Source of the DNA: Squalus acanthias
Taxonomy: Eukaryota
Assembly (NCBI GenBank): GCA_030390025.1
Contig: JASTWF010000349.1
Span: 124,001-188,000 of the forward strand
Direction of reading: 5' to 3'
Length of the DNA stretch: 64,000 nt
Shown here: one piece after another, positions 28,801-42,700 of the stretch
How positions within the stretch are numbered: position 1 is the stretch's first letter
How the letters are laid out: each line of letters begins with the position of its first letter
The notes under the pieces: model-generated
Seen by the model: only the letters and a program-made list of their open reading frames with translations
What the model was told of the DNA's origin: nothing
Database searches by the model: none
Position numbers and translations under genes: made by a program

Positions 28801-31800
28801 ACAATGTCTGGTAATAAGCAGAATCCAGACAATGTCTGGTAATAAGCAGAATCCAGACAATGTCTGGTAATAAGCAGAATCCAGTCAATGTCTGGTAATA
28901 AGCAGAATCCAGTCAATGTCTGGTAATAAGCAGAATCCAGACAATGTCTGGGAATAAGCAGAATCCAGACAATGTCTGGTAATAAGCAGAATCCAGACAA
29001 TGTCTGCTAATAAGAAGAATCCAGACAACGTCTTGTAATAAGCAGAATCCAGACAATGTCTGGTAATAAGCAGAATCCAGATTAATGTCTGGTAATAAGC
29101 AGAATCCAGACAATATCTGGTAATAAGCAGAATCCAGACAATGTCTGGGAATAAGCAGAATCCAGACATTGTCTGGTAATAAGCAGAATCCAGACAACGT
29201 CTGGTAATAAGCAGAATCCAGACACAGTCTGGTAATAAGCAGAATCCAGATCAATGTCTGGTAATAAACAGAATACAGACCAATGTCTGGTAATAAGCAG
29301 AATCCAGACAATGTCTGGGAATAAGTAGAATCCAGACAATTTCTGGTAATAAGCAGAATCCAGACAATGCTGGTAATAAGCAGAGTCCAGAACAATGTCT
29401 GGTAATAAACAGAATACAGACCAATGTCTGGTAATAAGCAGAATCCAGACAATGTCTGGGAATAAGCAGAATCCAGACAACGTCTGTTAATAAGCAGAAT
29501 CCAGACACAGTCTGGTAATAAGCAGAATCCAGATCAATGTCTGGTAATAAACAGAATACAGACCAATGTCTGGTAATAAGCAGAATCCAGACAATGTCTG
29601 GTAATAAGCAAATTCCAGACCTATGTCTGGTCATAAGCAGAATGCAGACAATGTCTGGTAATAAGCAGAATCCAGACCAATGTCTGGTAATAAGCAGAAT
29701 CCAGACCAATGTCTGGTAATAAGCAGAATCCAGACCAATGTCTGGTGATAAACAGAATACAGACCAATGTCTGGTAATAAGCAGAATCCAGACAATGGCT
29801 GGTAATAAGCAGAATCCAGACAATGTCTGGTAATAAGCAGAATCCAGACCAACGTCTGGTAATAAGCATAATCCAGACCAACGTCTGGTAATATGCAGAA
29901 TCCAGACAATGTCTGGTAATAAGCAGAATTTAGACCAACATCTGGTAATAAGTAGAATCCAGACACATGTCTGGGAATAAGCAGAATCCAGACAATGTCT
30001 GGTAATAAGCAGAATCCAGAGAATGTCTGGTAATAAGCAGAATCCAGACAATGTCTGGTAATATGCAGAATCGAGACCTACGTCTGGTGATAAGCAGAAT
30101 CCAGACAATGTCTGGTAATAAGCAGAATCTAGACAATGTCTGGTAATAAGCAGAATCCAGAGAATGTCAGGTAATAAGCAGAATCCAGAAAATATCTGGT
30201 AATATGCAGAATTGAGACCTACGTCTGGTGATAAGCAGAATCCAGACAATGTCTGGTAATGAGCAGAATCCAGACAATGTCTGGTAATAAGCAGAATCCA
30301 GACGAATGTCTGGTAATAAGCAGAATCCAGACACATGTCTGGTAATAAGCAGAATCCAGACCTCCGTCTGGTAATAAGCAGAATACAGATCAATGTCTGG
30401 TAATAAGCAGACTGCAGACAATGTCTGGTAATAAGCAGAATCCAGTCAATGTCTGGTAATAAGCAGAATCCAGACTAACGTCTGGTAATAAGCAGAATCC
30501 AGACCAACGTCTGGTAATAAGCAGAATCCAGACAATGTCTGGTAATAAGCAGAATCCAGACCTACGTCTGGTAATAAGCAGAATCCAGAGAATGTCTGGT
30601 AATAAGCAGAATCCAGACAATGTCTGGTAATAAGCAGAATCCAGACAATGTCTGGTAATAAGCAGAATCCAGACAATGTCTGATAATAAGCAGAATCCAG
30701 ACAATGTCTGCTAATAAGCAGAATCCAGACAATGTCTGGTAATAAGAAGCCAGATAATGTCTGGTAATAAGCAGAATCCAGACAATGTCTGGTAATAAGC
30801 AGAATCCAGACAATGTCTGGTAATAAGCAGAATCCAGACAATGTCTGGTAATAAGCAGAATCCAGACAATGTCTGGTAATAAGCAGAATCCAGACAATGT
30901 CTGGTAATAAGCAGAATCCAGACAACTGTCTGGTAATAAGCAGAATCCAGACAATGTCTGGTAATAAGCAGAATCCAGACAATGTCTGGTAATAAGCAGA
31001 ATCCAGACAATGTCTGGTAATAAGCAGAATCCAGACAAAGTCTGGTAATAAGCAGAATCCAGACAATGTCTGGTAATAAGCAGAATCCAGACAATGTCTG
31101 GTAATAAGCAGAATCCAGACAATGTCTGGTAATAAGTAGAATCCAGACAATGTCTGGTAATAAGCAGAATCCAGACAATGTCTGGTAATAAGCAGAATCC
31201 AGACCATTGTCTGGTAATAAGCAGAATCCAGACAATGTCTGGTAATAAGCAGAATCCAGACCAATGTCTGGTAATAAGCAGAATCCAGACCTACGTCTGG
31301 TAATAAGCAGAATCTAGACAATGTCTGGTAATAAGCAGAATCCAGACCAATGTCTGGTAATAAGCAGAATCCAGACAATGTCTGGTAATAAGCAGAATCC
31401 AGACAATGTCTGGTAATAAGCAGAATCCAGACAACGTCTGGTAATAAGCAGAATCCAGACACAGTCTGGTAATAAGCAGAATCCAGACAATGTCTGGTAA
31501 TAAGCAGAGTCCAGAACAATGTCTGGTAATAAGTAGAATGCAGGCCAATGTCTGGTAATAAGCAGAATCCAGACAATGTCTGGTAATAAGCCGAGTCCAG
31601 AACAATGTCTGGTAATAAGTAGAATGCAGACCAATGTCTGGTAATAAGCAGAATCCAGACAATGTCTGGTAATAAGCAGAATCCAGATCAATGTCTGGTA
31701 ATAAACAGAATACAGACCAATGTCTGGTAATAAGCAGAATCCAGACAATGTCTGGTAATAAGCAAATTCCAGACCTATGTCTGGTCATAAGCAGAATCCA

Positions 31801-34469
31801 GACAATGTCTGGGAATAAGCAGAATCCAGACCAATGTCTGGTAATAAGCAGAATCCAGACCAATGTCTGGTAATAAGCAGATTCCAGACCAATGTCTGGT
31901 GATAAACAGAATACAGACCAATGTCTGGTAATAAGCAGAATCCAGACAATGGCTGGTAATAAGCAGAATCCAGACAATGTCTGGTAATAAGCAGAATCCA
32001 GACCAACGTCTGGTAATAAGCATAATCCAGACCAACGTCTGGTAATAAGCAGAATCCAGACAATGTCTGGTAATAAGCAGAATTTAGACCAACATCTGGT
32101 AATAAGTAGAATCCAGACACATGTCTGGGAATAAGCAGAATCCAGACACATGTCTGGGAATAAGCAGAATCCAGACGAATATCTGGTAATAAGCAGAATC
32201 TAGGTCAATGTCTGGTAATAAGCAGAATCCAGACAATGTCTGGTAATAAGCAGAATCCAGAGAATGTCTGGTAATAAGCAGAATCCAGACAATGTCTGGT
32301 AATATGCAGAATCGAGACCTACGTCTGGTGATAAGCAGAATCCAGACAATGTCTGGTAATAAGCAGAATCCAGACCAACGTCTGGTAATAAGCAGAATCC
32401 AGACCAATGTCTGGTAATAAGCAGAATCCAGACCTACGTCTGGTAATAAGCAGAATCCAGACAATGTCTGGTAATAAGCAGAATCCAGACAATGTCTGGT
32501 AATAAGCAGAATCCAGACAATGTCTGGTAATAAGCAGAATCTAGACAATGTCTGGTAATAAGCAGAATCCAGACAATGTCTGGTAATAAGCAGAATCCAG
32601 ACAATGTCTGGTAATAAGCAGAATCCAGACAATGTCTGGTAATAAGCAGAATCCAGACAATGTCTGTAATAAGCAGAATCCAGACAATGTCTGGTAATAA
32701 GCAGAATCCAGACAATGTCTGGTAATAAGCAGAATCCAGACAATGTCTGGTAATAAGCAGAATCCAGACAATGTCTGGTAATAAGCAGAATCCAGACAAT
32801 GTCTGGTAATAAGCAGAATCCAGACAATGTCTGGTAATAAGCAGAATCCAGACAATGTCTGGTAATAAGCAGAATCCAGACAATGTCTGGTAATAAGCAG
32901 AATCCAGACAATGTCTGGTAATAAGCAGAATCCAGACAAAGTCTGGTAATAAGCAGAATCCAGACAATGTCTGGTAATAAGCAGAATCCAGACAATGTCT
33001 GGGAATAAGCAGAATCCAGACAATGTCTGGTAATAGGCAGATTCCAGACACATGTCTGGTAATAAGCAGAATCCAGACACATGTATGGGAATAAGCAGAA
33101 TCCAGACGAATATCTGGTAATAAGCAGAATCCAGACAATGTCTGGTAATAAGCAGAATCCAGACAATGTCTGGTAATAAGCAGAATCCAGACAATGTCTG
33201 GTAATAAGCAGAATCCAGACAATGTCTGGTAATAAGCAGAATCCAGACAATGTCTGGTAATAAGCAGAATCTAGACCAACGTCTGGTAATAGAAGAATCA
33301 AGACAGATGTCTGGGAATAAGCAGAATCCAGACACATGTCTGGTAATAAGCAGAATCCAGACGAATATCTGGTAATAAGCAGAATCCAGACAATGTCTGG
33401 TAATAAGCAGAATCCAGACAATGTCTGGTAATAAGTAGAATCCAGACAATGTCTGGTAATAAGCAGAATCCAGACAATGTCTGGTAATAAGCAGACTCCA
33501 GACCATTGTCTGGTAATAAGCAGAATCCAGACAATGTCTGGTAATAAGCAGAATCCAGACCAATGTCTGGTAATAAGCAGAATCTAGACCTACGTCTGGT
33601 AGTAAGCAGAATCTAGACCTATGTCTGGTAATAAGCAGAATCTAGACCAATGTCTGGTAATAAGCAGAATCCAGACAATGTCTGGTAATAAGCAGAATCC
33701 AGACAATGTCTGGTAATAAGCAGAATCCAGACAATGTCTGGTAATAAGCAGAATCCAGACACAGTCTGGTAATAAGCAGAATCCAGACAATGTCTGGTAA
33801 TAAGCAGAGTCCAGAACAATGTCTGGTAATAAGTAGAATGCAGACCAATGTCTGGTAATAAGCAGAATCCAGACAATGTCTGGTAATAAGCAGAGTCCAG
33901 AACAATGTCTGGTAATAAGCAGAATCTAGACCAACATCTGGTAATAGGTAGAATCCAAACACATGTCTGGGAATAAGCAGAATCCCGACACATGTCTGGG
34001 AATAAGCAGAATCCAGACGAATATCTGGTAATAAGCAGAATCCAGACAATGTCTGGTAATAAGCAGAGAATCCAGACAATGTCTGGTAATAAGTAGAATC
34101 CAGACAACGTCTGGTAATAAGCAGAATCCAGAACAATGTCTGGTAATAAGCAGACTCCAGACCAATGTCTGGTAATAAGCAGAATCCAGACAATGTCTGG
34201 TAATAAGCAGAATCCAGACCAATGTCTGGTAATAAGCAGAATCTAGACCTACGTCTGGTAGTAAGCAGAATCTAGACCTATGTCTGGTAATAAGCAGAAT
34301 CCAGACAATGTCTGGTAATAAGCAGAATCCAGACAATGTCTCTTAATAAGCAGAATCCAGACCCATGTCTGGTAATAAGAATAATGCGGAGATGCCGGTG
34401 TTGGACTGGGGTGGACAAAAATGAGAAGTCGCACAACACCAGGTTATAGTCCAACAGTTTTATTTAAAA

Positions 34470-34507
34470 TTACGAGCTTTCGGAGCTGTTGCCCCTTCGT
34501 CAGGTAA
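34470..34507 (-). ncRNA. Minimal type I hammerhead ribozyme motif in PLE 3' end
   Basis: Minus strand reads UUAC CUGACGA A GGGGC-AACA-GCUCC GAAA GCUC^GUAA. It has both conserved boxes, stem I UUAC/GUAA, stem II, and a palindromic AGCU stem III. Confidence 0.8.
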
Positions 34508-34759
34508 AGGTACAATGAGGGAATCTATTGCACAGTATATAAACACAGAAAGCAAGTTGTCTGCAGAGATACAATCTTTTAGGGAGGCATTACATCAAAG
34601 ACACATCAGAGTACAGCTAAGACAATGAGATGGGTCACAGGGGGTCCAACGTGTCAAATCCTGCCGTCTGCAGTTGAGCTTGTAACTTTTTTGGGGGGTT
34701 TTTTTGGTTGGTTTTTTTTGTGTTTTTTTAAAACTGGAAAGACAGACAACGATGTCGAG

Positions 34760-36790
34760 TCACGTTCTGTAGCGTGACATGAACCCGAGATCCCTATTGA
34801 GGCCGTCCTCATGGGTGCGGAACTTGGCTATCAGTTTCTGCTCTATGATTTTGCGTTGTCGTGTGTCTCGAAGGCTGCCTTGGAGAACGCTAACCCGCAG
34901 ATCCGAGGCTGAATGTCCTTGACTGCTGAAGTGTTCCCCGACTGGGAGGTAACAATCCTGCCTGGCGATTGTTGCGTGGTGTCCGTTCATACGTTGTCTC
35001 AGTGTCTGCATGGTCTCGCCGATGTACCATGCTCCGGGGCATCCTTTCCTGCAATGTATCAGGTAGACAACGTTGGCCGAGTCACATGAGTATGTACCAT
35101 GTACCTGGTGGGTAGTGTCCTCACGTGTGATGATGGTATCTGTGTTGATGATCTGGCATGTCTTACAGAGGTTGCCGTGGCAGGGTTGTGTGGTGTCGTG
35201 GTCGCTGTTCTCCTGACAGCTGGGTAATTTGCTGCGAACGATGGTACTTTTGAGGTTAGGCGGCTGCTTGAAGGCGAGTAGTGGAGGCGTGGGGATGGCC
35301 TTAGCAAGGTGTTCATCGTCATCGATGACATGTTGAAGGCTGCGAAGAACATGGCGTAGTTTCTCCGCTCCAGGGAAGTACTGGACGACGTAGGGTACTC
35401 TGTTGGTTGTGTCCCGTGTTCGCCTTCTGAGGAGGTCTATGCGGTTTTTCGCTGTGGCCCGTCGGAACTGTCGATTGACGAGTCGAGCGTCATATCCCGT
35501 TCTTATGAGGGCGTCTTTCAGTGTCCGTAGGTGTCCATCGCGTTCCTCCTCGTCTGAGCAGATCCTGTGTATTCGCAGGGCTTGTCCATAGGGGATGGCT
35601 TCTTTAACGTGGTTAGGGTGGAAGCTGGAGAAGTGGAGCATCGTGAGGTTGTCCATGGGCTTGCGGTAGAGTGAAGTGCTGAGGTGTCCGTCTTTGATGG
35701 AGATTCGTGTGTCCAAGAATGAAACCGATTCTGAGGAGTAGTCCATGGTGAGTTTGATGGTGGGATGGAACCTGTTGATGTTATCGTATAGTCCTTTCAG
35801 TGATCCTTCGCCGTGGGTCCAAAGGAAGAAGATGTCGTCGATGTATCTGTTGTACAGCATTGGTTGGAGGTCCTGTGCAGCGAAGAAGTCTTGCTCAGAC
35901 TTGTGCATGAAGATGTTGGCGTATTGGGGTGCGAATTTGGTCCCCATGTGTGTTTGGGTAAAAAACTGGTTGTCGAAGGTGAAAACATTGTGGTCAAGGA
36001 TGAGGCGGATGAGTTGTAGGATGGCGTCTGGAGATTGGCTGTTGTTGGTGTTGAGTACTGAGGCTGTCGCAGCGAGGCCATCATCGTGGGGGATATTGGT
36101 GTAGAGTGCCGATACGTCCATCGTGGCGAGGAGTGTTCCTGGTTCAACTGGTCCATGGGTGCTGAGTTTCTGCAAGAAGTCTGTAGTGTCGCGACAGAAG
36201 CTGGGGGTTCACTGTACGATGGGTTTCAGGATGCCCTCGACGTACCCAGAGAGGTTCTCACACAGGGTTCCGTTGCCTAATAGGATAGGACGTCCGGGTG
36301 TGTTGGCATTGTGTATCTTTGGGAGGCAGTAGAAGTCTCCTACGTGGGGAGTACGTGGGATGAGAGCACGTAGGATGCTTTGAAGGTCTGGATCGAAGGT
36401 CTTGATCAGTCTATTGAGTTGGCGGGTGTGTTATTTGGTCGGATCTGCGGGTAACTGTCTGTAGTGTTCCTGGTTGTCCAGTTGTTGGTATGCTTCTTTG
36501 CAATAGTCCATTCTGTTCTGTATGATGATGGCTCCTCCTTTGTCTGCTGGTTTGATGACGATGTTGCGGTTGGTCCTGAGAGCGTGGATGGCGTTGCGTT
36601 GTGCTCGGGTGACATTCTGGACTGTCTTGTGAGTGCGGCTGATGAATCTGGCATTGATGCATTTCCTGACAGCTTGAGCATACATGTCAAGCTTAGGGCA
36701 GCGACCCTCCGGAGGGGTCCAATTTGACTCTTTCTTCTTCGGTTGCTGCACTGTGGTTCCCTCTGTCTGCTGTTCTGGATCATTGATCGG
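34760..36790 (-). pseudogene. PLE reverse transcriptase / GIY-YIG endonuclease, disrupted
   Basis: Motifs IKPADKGG, TMDVSALYTNIPH, RYIDDIF, the Cys linker PCHGNLCKTC and VVYLIHC..WYIGET. The frame is broken by a stop near 36431 and a frameshift near 36280. The GxxMG motif is partly deleted (FTQTHMGT). Confidence 0.93.
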
Positions 36791-39700
36791 CGAGACCATG
36801 CAGACACTGAGACAACGTATGAACGGACACCGCGCAACAATCGCCAGGCAGGATTGTTACCTCCCAATCGGGGAACACTTCAGCAGTCAAGGACATTCAG
36901 CCTCGGATCTGCGGGTTAGTGTTCTCCAAGGCGGCCTTCGAGACACACGACAACGCAAAATCATCGAGCAGAAACTGATAGCCAAGTTCCGCACCCATGA
37001 GGACAGCCTCAATAGGTTTCTCGGGTTCATGTCACGCTACAGAACATGACTCGACATCGTTGTCTGTCTTTCCAGTTTAAAAAAAAACAATAAAAAACAA
37101 CCAAAAAAAACCCCCCAAAAAAGTTATAAGCTCAACTGCAGACGGCAGGATTTGACACGTTGGACCCCCTGTGACCCGTCTCATTGTCTTAGCTGTACTC
37201 TGATGTGTCTTTGATGTAATGCCTCCCTAAAAGATTGTATCTCTACAGACAAATTGCTTTCTGTGTTTATATACTGTGCAATAGATTCCCTCATTGTACC
37301 TGACGAAAATTTTAAATAAAACTGTTGGACTATAACCTGGTGTTGTGTGACTTCTCATTTTTGGTAATAAGAAGCCAGATAATGTCTGGTAATAAGCAGA
37401 ATCCAGACAATGTCTGGTAATTAGCAGAATCCAGACCAACGTCTGGAAATAAGCAGAATCCATACAATGTCTGGGAATAAGCAGAATCCAGACAATGTCT
37501 GGTAATAAGCAGAGAATCCAGACAATGTCGGATAATAAACAGAATCCAGACAATGTCTGGTAATGTGCAGAATGCAGAACAATGTCTGGTAATAAGCAGA
37601 ATCCAGACAATGTCTGGTAATAAGCAGAATCCAGTCCAACGTCTGGTAATAAGCAGAATCCAGACAATGTCTGGTAATAAGTAGAATCCAGGCAATGTCT
37701 GGTAATAGGCAGAATCCAGACAATGTATGGTAATAAGCAGAATGCAGACAAAGTCTGGTAATAAGCAGAATCCAGACAATGTCTGGTAATAAGCAGAATC
37801 CAGGCCAATGTCTGGTAATAAGCAGAATCCAGACAATGTCTGGTAATAAGCAGAATCCAGACAATGTCTGGTAATAAGCAGAATCCAGACAATGTCTGGT
37901 AATAAGCAGAATCCAGACAATGTCTGGTAATAAGCAGAACCCACACAATGTCTGGTAATATGCAGAATCCAGACAATGTTTGGTAATAAGCAGAATCCAG
38001 ACAATGTCTGGGATTATGCAGAATCCAGACAATGTCTGGTAATAAGCAGAATCCAAACCAACGTCTGGTAATAAGCAGAATCCAGACCAACGACTGGTAA
38101 TAAGCAGAATCCAGACCAATGTCTGGTAATAAGCAGAATCTAGACCAATGTTTGCTAATAAGCAGAATCTAGACCAATGTCTGGTAATAAGAAGCCAGAT
38201 AATGTCTGGTAATAAGTAGCATCCAGACCTACGTCTGGTAATTAGCAGAATCCAGACCAACATCTGGAAATAAGCAGAATCCAAACAATGTCTGAGAATA
38301 AGCAGACTTCAGACCAATGTCTGGCAATAAGCAGAATCCAGACAATGTCTGGTAATAAGCAGAATCCAGACAAAGTCTGGTAATGAGCAGAATCCAGACA
38401 ATGTCTGGTAATAAGCAGAACCCACACAATGTCTGGTAATATGCAGAATCCAGACAATGTTTGGTAATAAGCAGAACCCACACAATGTCTGGTAATATTC
38501 AGAATCCAGACAATGTCTGGTAATAAGCAGAATCCAGACCAACGTCTGGTAATAAGCAGAATCCAGACCAACGTCTGGTAATCAGCATAATCCAGACCAA
38601 TGTCTGGTAATAAGCAGAATGTAGACCAATGTCTGGTAATAAGCAGAATCTAGACCAATGTCTGGTAATAAGCAGAACCTAGACTAATGGCTGGTAATAA
38701 GCAGAATCCAGACAATGTCTGGTAATAAGCAGAATCCAGACAATGTCTGGTAATAAGCAGCATCCAGACACTGTCTGGTAATAAGAAGCCAGATAATGTC
38801 TGGTAATAAGTAGCATCCAGACAATGTCTGGTAATTAGCAGAATCCAGACCAACATCTGGAAATAAGCAGAATCCAAACAATGTCTGAGAATAGGCAGAC
38901 GTCAGACCAATGTCTGGCAATAAGCAGAATCCAGACAATGTCTGGTAATAAGCAGAATCCAGACAATGTCTGGTAATAAGCAGAATCCAGACAATGTCTG
39001 GTAATAAGCAGAACCCACACAATGTCTGGTAATATGCAGAATCCAGACAATGTTTGGTAATAAGCAGAATCCAGACAATGTCTGGGAATAAGCAGAATCC
39101 AGACAATGTCTGGTAATAAGCAGAATCTAGACCAATGTCTGGTAATAAGCAGAATCCAGACAATGTCTGGTAATAAACAGAATCCAGAACAACGTCTGGT
39201 AATAAGCAGAATCTAGACAACGTCTGGTAATAAACAGAATCCAGACAATGTCTGGTAATAAGCCGAGTCCAGAACAATGTCTGGTAATAAGCAGAATCCA
39301 GGCTATGTCTGGTAATAGGCAGAATCCAGGCAATGTCTGGTAATAGGCAGAATCCAGACAATGTCTGGTAATAAGCAGAAGGCAGAAAAAGTCTGGTAAT
39401 AAGCAGAATCCAGACAATGTCTGGTAATAAGCAGAATCCAGGCCAATGTCTGGTAATAAGCAGAATCCAGACAATGTCTGGAAATAAGCAGAATCCAGAC
39501 AATGTCTGGTAATAAGCAGAATCCAAACAACGTCTGGTAATAAGCAGAATCCAGAACAATGTCTGGTAATAAGCAGAGTCCAGACCAATGTCTGGTAATA
39601 AGCAGAATCCAGACAATGTCTGGTAATAAGCAGAATCCAGACAATGTCTGGTAATAAGCAGAATCCAGAGAATGTCTGGTAATAAGCAGAATCCAAACAA

Positions 39701-42700
39701 CGTCTGGTAATAAGCAGAATCCAGACCAATGTCTGGTAATAAGCAGAATCTAGACCAATGTCTGGTAATAAGCAGAATCCAGACACATGTCTGGTAATAA
39801 GCAGACTCCAGAGAATGTCTGGTAATAAGCCGAGTCCAGACAATGTCTGGTAATAAGCAGAGTTCAGACAATGTCTGGTAATAAGCAGAATCCAGACAAT
39901 GTCTGGTAATAAGCCGAGTCCAGAACAATGTCTGGTAATAAGCAGAATCCAGACAATGTCTGGTAATAAGCAGAATGCAGACAATGTCTGGTAATAAGCA
40001 GAATCCAAACAACGTCTGGTAATAAGCAGAATCCAGAACAATGTCTGGTAATAAGCAGAATCTAGACCTACGTCTGGTAATAAGCAGAATCCAGACAATG
40101 TCTGGTAATAAGCAGAATCCAGACAATGTCTGGTGATAAGAAGCCAGATAATGTCTGGTAATAAGTAGCATCCAGACAATGTCTGGTAATTAGCAGAATC
40201 CAGACCAACATCTGGAAATAAGCAGAATCCATACAATGTCTGAGAATAAGCAGACTCCAGACCAATGTCTGGCAATAAGCAGAATCCAGACAATGTCTGA
40301 TAATAAGCAGAATCCAGACAATGTCTGGTAATAAGCAGAATCCAGACAATGTCTGGTAATAAGCAGAACCCACACAATGTCTGGTAATATGCAGAATCCA
40401 GACAATGTTTGGTAATAAGCAGAATCCAGACAATGTCTGAGAATAAGCAGAATCCAGACAATGTCTGGTAATAAGCAGAATCCAGATAATGTCTGGTAAT
40501 AAGTAGCATCCAGACAATGTCTGGTAATTAGCAGAATCCAGACCAACAGTCTGGTAATAAGCAGAATCCAGACAATGTCTGAGAATAAGCAGACTCCAGA
40601 CCAATGTCTGGTAATAAGCAGAATCCAGACAATGTCTGGTAATAAGCAGAATCCAGACAATGTCTGGTAATAAGCAGAATCCAGACAATATCTGGTAATA
40701 AGCAGAATCCAGACAATGTCTGGTAATATGCAGAATCCAGACAATGTTTGGTAATAAGCAGAATCCAGACAATGTCTGGGAATAAGCAGAATCCAGACCA
40801 ACATCTGGTAATAAGCAGAATCCAGACCAACGTCTGGTAATAAGCAGAATCCAGACCAATGTCTGGTAATAAGCAGAATCCAGACCAATGTCTGGTAATA
40901 AGCAGAATCTAGACCAATGTCTGGTAATAAGCAGAATCTAGACTAATGTCTGGTAATAAGCAGAATCCAGACAATGTCTGGTAATAAGCAGAATCCAGAC
41001 CTACGTCTGGTAATAAGCAGAATCCAGACCTACGTCTGGTAATAAGCACAATCAAGATCTACGTCTGGTAATAAGCAGAATCTAGACCAACGTCTGCTAA
41101 TAAGCAGAATCTAGACCAATGTCTGGTAATAAGCAGAATCTAGACTAATGTCTGGTAATAAGCAGAATCCAGATAATGTCTGGTAATAAGTAGCATCCAG
41201 ACCTACGTCTGGTAATTAGCAGAATCCAGACCAACATCTGGAAATAAGCAGAATCCAAACAATGTCTGAGAATAAGCAGACTTCAGACCAATGTCTGGCA
41301 ATAAGCAGAATCCAGACAATGTCTGGTAATAAGCAGAATCCAGACAAAGTCTGGTAATGAGCAGAATCCAGACAATGTCTGGTAATAAGCAGAACCCACA
41401 CAATGTCTGGTAATATGCAGAATCCAGACAATGTTTGGTAATAAGCAGAACCCACACAATGTCTGGTAATATTCAGAATCCAGACAATGTCTGGTAATAA
41501 GCAGAATCCAGACCAACGTCTGGTAATAAGCAGAATCCAGACCAACGTCTGGTAATCAGCATAATCCAGACCAATGTCTGGTAATAAGCAGAATGTAGAC
41601 CAATGTCTGGTAATAAGCAGAATCTAGACCAATGTCTGGTAATAAGCAGAACCTAGACTAATGGCTGGTAATAAGCAGAATCCAGACAATGTCTGGTAAT
41701 AAGCAGAATCCAGACAATGTCTGGTAATAAGCAGCATCCAGACACTGTCTGGTAATAAGAAGCCAGATAATGTCTGGTAATAAGTAGCATCCAGACAATG
41801 TCTGGTAATTAGCAGAATCCAGACCAACATCTGGAAATAAGCAGAATCCAAACAATGTCTGAGAATAGGCAGACGTCAGACCAATGTCTGGCAATAAGCA
41901 GAATCCAGACAATGTCTGGTAATAAGCAGAATCCAGACAATGTCTGGTAATAAGCAGAATCCAGACAATGTCTGGTAATAAGCAGAACCCACACAATGTC
42001 TGGTAATATGCAGAATCCAGACAATGTTTGGTAATAAGCAGAATCCAGACAATGTCTGGGAATAAGCAGAATCCAGACAATGTCTGGTAATAAGCAGAAT
42101 CTAGACCAATGTCTGGTAATAAGCAGAATCCAGACAATGTCTGGTAATAAACAGAATCCAGAACAACGTCTGGTAATAAGCAGAATCTAGACAACGTCTG
42201 GTAATAAACAGAATCCAGACAATGTCTGGTAATAAGCCGAGTCCAGAACAATGTCTGGTAATAAGCAGAATCCAGGCTATGTCTGGTAATAGGCAGAATC
42301 CAGGCAATGTCTGGTAATAGGCAGAATCCAGACAATGTCTGGTAATAAGCAGAAGGCAGAAAAAGTCTGGTAATAAGCAGAATCCAGACAATGTCTGGTA
42401 ATAAGCAGAATCCAGGCCAATGTCTGGTAATAAGCAGAATCCAGACAATGTCTGGAAATAAGCAGAATCCAGACAATGTCTGGTAATAAGCAGAATCCAG
42501 ACAACGTCTGGTAATAAGCAGAATCCAGATCAATGTCTGGTAATAAGCAGAATCCAGACCAATGTCTGGTAATAAGCAGAATCCAGACAATGTCTGGTAA
42601 TAAGCAGAATCCAGACAATGTCTGGTAATAAGCAGAATCCAGAGAATGTCTGGTAATAAGCAGAATCCAAACAACGTCTGGTAATAAGCAGAATCCAGAC

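Larger units (their letters stand above)
34382..37362 (-). mobile_element. Penelope-like element (Neptune type), 5'-truncated, with an inverted pseudo-LTR
   Basis: RT plus GIY-YIG ORF on the minus strand. Its 3' ~600 bp (34417-35023) is repeated inverted at 36786-37362. It is flanked by the direct repeat TGGTAATAAGAA (34370-34381 and 37362-37373). Confidence 0.95.

Noticed and set aside
36684..37049. Stand-alone GIY-YIG gene on the plus strand
   Set aside because: It is the inverted pseudo-LTR copy of the PLE C-terminus fused to antisense PLE sequence.
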